Below are positions 48,682 through 55,590 of a DNA stretch of 55,590 bases, one piece after another. Location: positions 1 to 55,590 of the forward strand of contig DASZMD010000229.1 of the NCBI GenBank assembly GCA_035551955.1, given 5' to 3'. A program made the position numbers and the translations under genes. Numbering within the stretch: the stretch's first letter is position 1; each line of letters starts with the position of its first letter. The notes under the pieces are model-generated. The model was not told the origin of the DNA, did not search any database, and worked only from the letters and a program-made list of their open reading frames with translations. The stretch is from Solirubrobacteraceae bacterium (GTDB taxonomy: Bacteria > Actinomycetota > Thermoleophilia > Solirubrobacterales > Solirubrobacteraceae).

Positions 48682-50759
48682 GGCGCCTCCCCCCGCGCCA
48701 GCGCCGACGGCCACCACACCCGCCGGTCGAACTCGATGACGAGGGCGGGAACGAGGATGGTGCGGACCAGGAAGGTGTCGAGGAGGACGCCGAAGGCGAT
48801 CACGAACCCGAGCTCGGTGAAGCCGATCAGCGGCAGTGAGGCGAGGGCGGAGAAGGTTCCGGCGAGGACGATGCCCGCCGAGGTGATCACCGGCCCGGTG
48901 AGGGCCAGGGCACGGCGGGTGCCGTCGCGGGTCCCGTGGCGCAGCGTCTCCTCGCGTACCCGGGCCATGAGGAAGATGTTGTAGTCGACGCCCAGGGCGA
49001 CGAGGAAGAGGAAGGTGAAGAGGACGAGCGCCGGGTCCTCGCCGGGATAGCCGAACACGTGCCGGAAGAGGAACGCCCCGGTGCCGAGGGCGGCGCCGTA
49101 GGAGAGGACGACGGTGGCGATGAGGAGCGCGGGGGCGAGGAGCGAGCGCAGGAGCAGGGCGAGGATGAGGAAGACGACGAAGAGGATCATGGGCACGATC
49201 GCCACCGTGTCGCGGGTCGCCGCGGCGCGCTGATCCACCTCCTGGGCCGTGGGTCCGCCGAGCAGCGTCCCCCTCCCCCCGGCGCCGTGAGCGGCCCGGC
49301 GCAGCGGGGCGATGAGGGCGAAGGCGCGGCGACTCGACGGGTTGGCGGCCAGCGTCAAGGTGAAGAAGGCATCCCCGTGACGGGTCGTGGTCGGGCCCAC
49401 GGAGTAACGCCCGCGGGCCACCCCGGGGGCGCGGGCGAGGGCGGCGCGGACCGCCGCCATCCGACGTGGGTGGGGGACGACGACGGCGAGCGGCGCGCTC
49501 ATGCCCGCGGGATAGTGAGCGGCGAGGAGGGCCTGCCCGCGCGTCGACTCGACACGGTCGCGGAAGGAATTGCCACTGGTCAGGCCCGATCCCAGCGAGA
49601 GCGCGCCGAGGCACAGCGCCGCCAGGGCGAGGGTGGCGGCGAGGGCGATGGGCCGGTGGCGGCGGTCGACGAGGCCGGCGATGGCCCGCCAGGCGCCGCG
49701 TTGGGGCCCCGCGGGCGCGGTGTCGAGAACGCGCGGCACGTAGGGCCAGAACGCCCGGCGCCCGGCGATGACGAGCAGGGACGGGAGCAGGGTGAGGCCG
49801 CTGAGCATGGCCACGGCCACGCCCATGGCCGCCACCGGACCGAGGCCCCGGGTGCCGTTGACCCGAGCGGCGAGGAGACAGAGGAGGGCGAGGATCACCG
49901 TCGACGCGCTCGCGAAGATCACCGGCCCGGCCCGGCCGAGCGCCTCGCGCATCGCCTGGTGGCGATCCGCGTGGCGGCCGAGCTCCTCGCGGTAGCGCGA
50001 GACGAGAAGAAGCGCGTAGTCGGTGCCGGCGCCGAATACGAGCACGGTGAGGATGGCCGCCGACTCTCCGCTGACGGTGACGCCGAGGCGGGTGAGCAGG
50101 TAGCCGAGCCCCTCGGCGCTGACCTCGGCGAAGCCCACGGCCACGAGGGGGATGAGCCAGAAGACGGGGCTGCGGTAGATGAGGACGAGGAGGACGAAGA
50201 TGAGCCCGACGGTGACCAGGAGCAGGGTGCCGTTGATCTCGGCGAATACCCGCCCGGCGTCGTAGGAGGACCCGGCGGGTCCGGTGACGTCGACCTCGAG
50301 CCCGGGCGGGGCGCGGTGCACGACGGCCTTGATCTCCCTGACCTGGCGCTCGAGGAGAGTGGCGCTGTCGTGCAGGCGCAGGCCGAAGACGAGCACGCCG
50401 GCCTTCCGGTCGCGCGAGGGAAGGGCGGCGGGCGAGGGCACCGCCTGGCGCCGGAGCTTCGCGTCGACCGTGCTGCGGTCGGCTCCGATCAGCCGCCGAT
50501 CCCGGGCGGTGAGCCCGCCGCGACGCGAGAAGACGACGACGGCGGCGGTGACTGCGTCGCCGCCCGAGATGCGCTTGACCGCCGCCAGGGCCCGGGAGGA
50601 CTCGGCGCTGCCCGGCAGGTAGGAGGAGGGGTCGTTGTTCTGGGCGTGCTGGAATCTGGTCGCGGCCGGCGCGGCGAGGGCGGCGAGGCCGATCCAGGCG
50701 AGGGCGAAGATCCACTTGGCGCGCGGCCCGGCGGGGAGGGCGAAGGCACGGGACCTCAT
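48603..50759 (-). CDS. MmpL family RND lipid transporter
   Basis: VTGPAG, GAGTDYALLLVSRYREE, GVDYNIFLMARVREE, LLDTFLVR. ATG 50759 is coupled to the esterase stop (ATGA). Confidence 0.93.
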   Translation of the reverse strand: MRSRAFALPAGPRAKWIFALAWIGLAALAAPAATRFQHAQNNDPSSYLPGSAESSRALAAVKRISGGDAVTAAVVVFSRRGGLTARDRRLIGADRSTVDAKLRRQAVPSPAALPSRDRKAGVLVFGLRLHDSATLLERQVREIKAVVHRAPPGLEVDVTGPAGSSYDAGRVFAEINGTLLLVTVGLIFVLLVLIYRSPVFWLIPLVAVGFAEVSAEGLGYLLTRLGVTVSGESAAILTVLVFGAGTDYALLLVSRYREELGRHADRHQAMREALGRAGPVIFASASTVILALLCLLAARVNGTRGLGPVAAMGVAVAMLSGLTLLPSLLVIAGRRAFWPYVPRVLDTAPAGPQRGAWRAIAGLVDRRHRPIALAATLALAALCLGALSLGSGLTSGNSFRDRVESTRGQALLAAHYPAGMSAPLAVVVPHPRRMAAVRAALARAPGVARGRYSVGPTTTRHGDAFFTLTLAANPSSRRAFALIAPLRRAAHGAGGRGTLLGGPTAQEVDQRAAATRDTVAIVPMILFVVFLILALLLRSLLAPALLIATVVLSYGAALGTGAFLFRHVFGYPGEDPALVLFTFLFLVALGVDYNIFLMARVREETLRHGTRDGTRRALALTGPVITSAGIVLAGTFSALASLPLIGFTELGFVIAFGVLLDTFLVRTILVPALVIEFDRRVWWPSALARGEAPYTASSSVAHAFSQARHAWAQIAQWR

Positions 50760-51670
50760 GCGCCCCCGAGCCCGGCGAGGAGGAAGGGCCAGGAGCGATC
50801 GAGCTCGCGACGCCAGGTGGGCCATTCGTGGACGCCGTCCCCGCGGCTGATGGTGGCGGGGATACCGAGGGAGGCGAGGCGGGCGCCGAGGCTCTCGGTG
50901 GTGGGTGCGACCCAGCGCTCGATCAGGCCCGCGCCCGCAGGCACGTCGTCCTCGGGCCGCGGCTTCCCGTCAGCCCGAGACAGGTAGAGGGCGGTGCCGC
51001 ACAGACGGTCGGCGAGGTGATACGGATCGTGGGCGAGCCAGCGCTCGCGGTGGCGCCGCGGCGAGCCCCACAGGGCGTGGCGATGCTCGTGCTCGCGCAC
51101 GAGCATGGCGGCGATGAAGCCGGGCATGCCCCGGCGGGTGAGGTGAAGCAGGCCGCTGTAGGAGGCGGCCGCCGCGAACGCCCCCGGTCGCCTGGCGGCA
51201 TAGGCGATGGCCCCGTAGCCCCCCATCGAGACGCCCGCGATCACCCGCGGGCCGCCGGCGCGGTAGCCGGTGGCAAGGACCGCGGGCACCTCGTCGAGGT
51301 GGAAGCCCTCCCAGCGCGGGACGTGGCCGCTCGCGTCGGGGCGCCACCAGTCGGTGTAGAACCCGACCGCGCCCGCTTCGGGGAGGACGACGAGGGCGTC
51401 GAGATGCTCGGCACGCTCAACCAGCGCTGCCTCGCGGGTCCATGCGCAGGGGCCGTCGTCGGCGCCGTGGAGGAGGAAGAGCACGGGCCAGCGGCGGGCC
51501 GCCCCGGTCGCGAAGCCGGGAGGGGTGAGGAGCTGAAAGGACGCGGGGCGACCCAGTGCCGCCGAGCGGATGGTGACCTCGCGCAGGCGCTCACCCAGCC
51601 GCCTGTCGCTCAGAACCTCCACATTTTCTCGCCCCGGCCGGGCGCTCGCGATCGGGTGAGGAGTGGTCAT
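50756..51670 (-). CDS. Antigen-85/mycolyltransferase-like esterase (PF00756)
   Basis: LFLLHG, GFYTDW, RWEGFHLDEVP, GVSMGG, GVHEWPTW; no signal peptide. Start may be GTG 51622. Confidence 0.85.
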   Translation of the reverse strand: MTTPHPIASARPGRENVEVLSDRRLGERLREVTIRSAALGRPASFQLLTPPGFATGAARRWPVLFLLHGADDGPCAWTREAALVERAEHLDALVVLPEAGAVGFYTDWWRPDASGHVPRWEGFHLDEVPAVLATGYRAGGPRVIAGVSMGGYGAIAYAARRPGAFAAAASYSGLLHLTRRGMPGFIAAMLVREHEHRHALWGSPRRHRERWLAHDPYHLADRLCGTALYLSRADGKPRPEDDVPAGAGLIERWVAPTTESLGARLASLGIPATISRGDGVHEWPTWRRELDRSWPFLLAGLGGA

Positions 51671-53002
51671 CTAACGTCCGCTCGGGAGATCGCCGTCGAG
51701 CTCACCCCACTCCACGATCGCCCGGCCGGCGAGTCCGTCGCCGGCCCCAGGGCCGGGGCGGCGCGGCCATGGCTGGCCCTGACGGCCGTGTGCTTGGGGG
51801 GCATCATCGTCGCCCTCGACGGCTCGGCGGTCACCGTCGCCGCCCCCCGGATCGCGCGCTCGGTCCACGCCTCGCTCGGCGATCTCGAGCTCATCGCCAA
51901 CGTGTACCTCGTCGTCCTCGCGCTCGGGATCCTCCCCGCGGGCAGGCTCGCCGACCGCTTCGGCCGGCGCGCCACCTTCATCGCCGGCGCGCTCGGCTTC
52001 GGGGTCTGCTCGCTGGCCATCAGCCTGTCCCACAGCGTGGGAGAGCTCGTCGCCTTCCGGGCCGGCCAGGGCCTGTTCGGCGCGCTGCTCCAGCCCGCCG
52101 CGCTCGCCCTCCTCAGCGTTTCCTTTCCCCGCGAGCGGCTCGGCGCCGTGCTCGGGATCTGGGGCGCCGCCAACGCGCTGGCTATCGGCGTCGGCCCGGT
52201 GATTGCCGGGCTGATCGTGCAAGGGCTGGGCTGGCCCGCCGTGTTCGTCCTCAATCTCCCCGTCGCCCTCCTTGCCGTCGTCCTGATCCTCTCCGCCGTG
52301 CGCGAGTCGCGCGGCCACGCGTCGGCGCGCCCGCTGCGCGCGGTGCTCGGCGAACGGCGGGTGCGGTGCGCCGCCGCCCTCGTGGCCATGAGCTCCTGCG
52401 CCGTCTTCGGCCTCCTCTTCCTCCTCACGCTCTTTCTCCAGGACGTGCACGGCCTCTCCCCCAGCGCCACCGGCGCGTGGCTCCTCGCCCCCACCCTCGC
52501 CGTGGTGGTGGGAGCGCTGGCCGGAGGGATACTGGTCGAGCGGATCGGCCCCCGGTGGCCGGTGGTGGCGGGCATGCTCGCCGTCGCCGGCGGGCTCGTG
52601 GGCCTCGCCCAGGTCCCCGTGGACGCCGCCTTCTGGCAGGTGGCGGCGCCTGCGGTGGTGATCGGCTTCGGCACCGGGGCGTGGGTCATCGCCGCCACCG
52701 AGACGATCGTCACCGGGGCGGTGGAGGAGCTCGTGGGCACGGCCTCGGCCGTCCAGCAGGGCTCGAGCCAGCTCGGCGGCGTGCTCGGCATCGTCATCTT
52801 CGGAGCGGTGATGTCGATCCGCGTCGGGGGCGTGCTCCCGGCCGCGGGCAGCCACGCGGCGCGCGCCGTGAGCCACCTGGCCTTCACCGAGGGGATGCAC
52901 GCGGCCTTCCTCGTCTGCGCGGGGCTCGTGCTCCTCACCGCCCCACTCGGGCTCCTGCTCGGTCCCACGCCTCGAGGATCGCGCTCCCGTCGTGCTCGGT
53001 GA
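51656..53002 (+). CDS. MFS transporter (DHA2-like)
   Basis: ALDGSAVTVAAP, GRLADRFGRR, WPAVFVLNLP. Start uncertain: GTG 51656 is the nearest canonical start before TM1. Confidence 0.85.
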   Translation: MRSGHLTSAREIAVELTPLHDRPAGESVAGPRAGAARPWLALTAVCLGGIIVALDGSAVTVAAPRIARSVHASLGDLELIANVYLVVLALGILPAGRLADRFGRRATFIAGALGFGVCSLAISLSHSVGELVAFRAGQGLFGALLQPAALALLSVSFPRERLGAVLGIWGAANALAIGVGPVIAGLIVQGLGWPAVFVLNLPVALLAVVLILSAVRESRGHASARPLRAVLGERRVRCAAALVAMSSCAVFGLLFLLTLFLQDVHGLSPSATGAWLLAPTLAVVVGALAGGILVERIGPRWPVVAGMLAVAGGLVGLAQVPVDAAFWQVAAPAVVIGFGTGAWVIAATETIVTGAVEELVGTASAVQQGSSQLGGVLGIVIFGAVMSIRVGGVLPAAGSHAARAVSHLAFTEGMHAAFLVCAGLVLLTAPLGLLLGPTPRGSRSRRAR

Positions 53003-53675
53003 GCGCGACCGGGATTCGGATCGCCGCCAGGGCGCCGGTGTACCCCGGTCCCGCGTCGAGGTCATAGAGGTGGACGGCGCGAGGACCCGCCCCGGCGGCG
53101 AGGGCGGGCGGCTCGGTCGGCGGCGTGACCACGATCAGCTTCGGTGACACGGCGAGCCCGTCGCCGCTCGCCTTGAGCACCGCCTCCTTGCGCGTCCACC
53201 AGCGGGACAGGGCCCACGCCCGCTCCGCCGGCCCGAGGATCGCGAGCGCCCGCTGCTCGGAGCGGGCGAGGATGGCCTCGGCGAGGGAGGCATCCTCGCC
53301 CATGCGCCGCACCTCCTCGACGTCGACGCCGAGGGCCACGCCGCGGCTCAGGGCGACCACAGCGCGCCGGCCCGAGTGGGAGATCGAGAGCTCGAGCCCG
53401 GCGGCGGCGCCGCCCAGGCGCGGCTTGGCGCCCGCCGCCCCCGGGCGGAAGCGCACCCCGCGTGGCTCGCCGCCGCCGTGGCGGGCGGCGAGGATCCGGG
53501 TGAGGGCGTGGGCGACGAGGAACAGCGCCCGGTCCTGCCCCCGCACGAATCGGGCATGGCGGCGGCGCTCGCCGTCGTCGAGGAGATCGAGGAGCGGTGG
53601 CCGGGCCGCGCTCGGGCATGCCCACCAGATCTGGCAGCACCCGGCGGCGAGGGCCGGAATCACTTCCTGCGCCAT
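52935..53675 (-). CDS. Sfp-type 4'-phosphopantetheinyl transferase
   Basis: AKP, LSISHSG, LGVDVE, WTRKEAVLKASGDGL. ATG lies 2 nt after the PKS stop. Confidence 0.95.
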   Translation of the reverse strand: MAQEVIPALAAGCCQIWWACPSAARPPLLDLLDDGERRRHARFVRGQDRALFLVAHALTRILAARHGGGEPRGVRFRPGAAGAKPRLGGAAAGLELSISHSGRRAVVALSRGVALGVDVEEVRRMGEDASLAEAILARSEQRALAILGPAERAWALSRWWTRKEAVLKASGDGLAVSPKLIVVTPPTEPPALAAGAGPRAVHLYDLDAGPGYTGALAAIRIPVALTEHDGSAILEAWDRAGARVGR

Positions 53676-53677
53676 CG

Positions 53678-55590
53678 CTACGCCGCCGCGCGCGAGAGCT
53701 CGCCCAGCACCTGGCCGAGGTGCGCGGCGATGGTCTCGACGTGCGGCGGGTCGAGCAGCGAGAGGTGATGTCCGGGGACGCTGATGACCTGGACCTGGGG
53801 CCCGCACACCGCTTCCCATCCCCGGTCGGGGTCATGGCGATCGAAGCGGGGATCGCGGATCGCGTCCGCCTGCACGTCGCGGGCGCTGTAGAAGACGAGC
53901 GGGCCGTCGTGGCGGGCGGGCCGGTAGCGCTCGAGCGCGCGCACGTCGAGGTACGAGGTGCGCTGATGGCGGATGATCGCCGCGCTCGTCTGCGCATCGA
54001 GCAGCCCCGCTTCGACGATCGCCTCGATCATCGCGTCGGTCTGGGCCTCGTCGTCGAGGAGGGCCATGCGCTCGTAGGGGAGCGAGACGGGCTTACCGTA
54101 ATTGTCTTCGAGGAAGCGAGCGAAGCGCTGGAAGCGCAGTTCGAGGATCTGGCGGTCCGAGAGGCCGGGCGGATCGGGAAGGGGGAGGATGGTGTCGATC
54201 ATGGCCAGGAGCTCGACGCGTTCCCCGGCGCCGTGGAGGCGGAGCGCGGTCTCGTAGGCGAGCGCCCCGCCGAACGACCACCCGGCCAGGCGGTAGGGCC
54301 CGTGGGGCTGCTTGGCGCGCAGGAGATCGAAGTAGCGCTGGGCGCGCTCCTCGACGGTGAGCATGCCGGCGAGCCGCTCGAACCCCCATACCGTCAGGCG
54401 GGGATCGAGGTGATCGACGAGCTGGCGGTAGACGAGGGTGTCGCCTCCCCCGGGATGGAAGACGAACAGGGGCAGCGGGCCCTCCCCGGCCCGGAGCAGG
54501 CGGATGGGCAGGAGCGGCGAGCACTCGGGCTCGCGCACCAGCGCCGCCTGGCGCTCGATCGTCGGCGCGGTGCCGAGCTCGCCGACGTCGACCGGGCGGC
54601 CCGCGCGGCGGGAGACGAGCTCGCCGATCCGGTCGGCCGCCGCCGCGTCTGCGCCGAGCTCGGCAAAGCTCTGGGTGACGCACAGGCCCGAGCGCCCGAG
54701 TACCTCCTCCCACACCGCCGCCACCAGGCGCTCGCTGGCGTCGCGCGGCGCCACGCGCACGCGGCGGATCGGGGTGGGCGACTGCGCCTTGGGGAGGTCC
54801 AGCGCCTCGTGCAGCCAGTCGAGCACGTCGTCGATGCTCGCTCCGCGCAGGAGCAGCGAGGGGGGGAGGAGGACGTCGAGGTCGTGCTGCACGGCGTTGC
54901 GTATGCGCACGGCCAGGAGCGAGTCGACGCCGAGCGCGGGGAGGGGCAGGCCGGTGTCCAGGCGCGCGGGATCGGCGCCGAGGACGGCGGCGATCCGCTC
55001 CTTGACGCGGTCCTCGACCCGCTGTGCCGCCTCGGCGGGATCGAGCCCCGCCACCCCGGGCCAAGCCTGCTCGCCGGGCGCCTCCACGAGCCCCGAGAAG
55101 AGCGGGAGGCGAGCCACCTCGGGATAGGCGACGGCGAGCGCGGTGGGGTCGAGCTTGAGGACTCCGGCGGCGGCGACGTCGCCGAGAAGGAGAACCTGGA
55201 GGGCCTCGAGTCCCTCGCTCGGGGTGATCTGCCTGACCGCGTCGAGCCGGCGCCCGGCCGCGGCGCCGACCTGGGACCACGCCCCCCAGCTGATGGTGGT
55301 GGCGGGCAGGCCCTGCGCCCGCCGCCAGGCGACGACGGCGTCGAGGAAGGCGTTGGCGGCGGCGTAGGCGGCCTGGCCGGGGGAGCCGACGAGGGCCGCG
55401 GCCGAGGAGAAGCCCACCCACCAGTCGAGCGCGAAGCCCGCGCTCGCCGCCGACAGGCGCCAGGCCCCGTCGGCCTTGGCCCGCCACACCCGGTCGGCGC
55501 GCTCGCGGTCCAAGCGCAGGGCCACCCCGTCCTCGATCACCGCCGCGGCGTGGACGACGCCGCGGAAGCGTGCGCCCGGGGCCGCGCACG
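53678..55590 (-). CDS. Type I PKS C-terminus, Pks13-like: KR-ACP-degenerate ACP-thioesterase; 5' end outside the window
   Basis: Frame is open to the window edge (RGVVHAAAVIED). KR AK...FSS...GQAAYAAAN; ACP LGVDSLLAVRIRN; VAPRDASER linker; TE FHPGGG, GWSFGG, MIDT, IIRHQRTSYLD, GHHL. Confidence 0.93.
   Translation of the reverse strand, partial: CAAPGARFRGVVHAAAVIEDGVALRLDRERADRVWRAKADGAWRLSAASAGFALDWWVGFSSAAALVGSPGQAAYAAANAFLDAVVAWRRAQGLPATTISWGAWSQVGAAAGRRLDAVRQITPSEGLEALQVLLLGDVAAAGVLKLDPTALAVAYPEVARLPLFSGLVEAPGEQAWPGVAGLDPAEAAQRVEDRVKERIAAVLGADPARLDTGLPLPALGVDSLLAVRIRNAVQHDLDVLLPPSLLLRGASIDDVLDWLHEALDLPKAQSPTPIRRVRVAPRDASERLVAAVWEEVLGRSGLCVTQSFAELGADAAAADRIGELVSRRAGRPVDVGELGTAPTIERQAALVREPECSPLLPIRLLRAGEGPLPLFVFHPGGGDTLVYRQLVDHLDPRLTVWGFERLAGMLTVEERAQRYFDLLRAKQPHGPYRLAGWSFGGALAYETALRLHGAGERVELLAMIDTILPLPDPPGLSDRQILELRFQRFARFLEDNYGKPVSLPYERMALLDDEAQTDAMIEAIVEAGLLDAQTSAAIIRHQRTSYLDVRALERYRPARHDGPLVFYSARDVQADAIRDPRFDRHDPDRGWEAVCGPQVQVISVPGHHLSLLDPPHVETIAAHLGQVLGELSRAAA

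Noticed and set aside
2242-55589. Many long alternative-frame and antisense ORFs (e.g. 2242-4278, 12289-14808, 15305-17851, 20287-22731, 48241-50715, 51667-52968)
   Set aside because: They are Arg/Pro/Gly-rich shadows of real genes, expected in high-GC DNA with few stop codons, and carry no recognisable motifs.

Overview
Very GC-rich, densely coding bacterial chromosome segment of about 46 genes. It is clearly actinobacterial, and the small hypothetical proteins and the tail of the giant secreted protein suggest Thermoleophilia/Solirubrobacterales (inference). I found no rRNA, tRNA, CRISPR array, transposase or integrase. From left to right: a truncated sugar-binding lipoprotein gene downstream of a KdpE-like regulator and a soluble histidine kinase fused to a degenerate sugar-ABC ATPase domain; two c-di-GMP enzymes; a 2041-aa three-repeat secreted protein; an MFS/TetR pair with a twin palindromic operator; fdhD; a glycoside hydrolase; ppk2; a eukaryote-type UGPase; a pentose ABC/xylB cluster; several housekeeping enzymes including monomeric icd; and a candidate C-loop (6C-like) small RNA. 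The right edge holds a lipid cluster: a Pks13-like PKS C-terminus with an extra in-cis ketoreductase (KR-ACP-ACP*-TE), an Sfp PPTase, an MFS, an antigen-85-like esterase and an MmpL. The two best candidates for undescribed systems are this mycolate-condensase-like cluster and the ABC-ATPase/histidine-kinase fusion. All family assignments come from motif recognition by eye; no database search was run.
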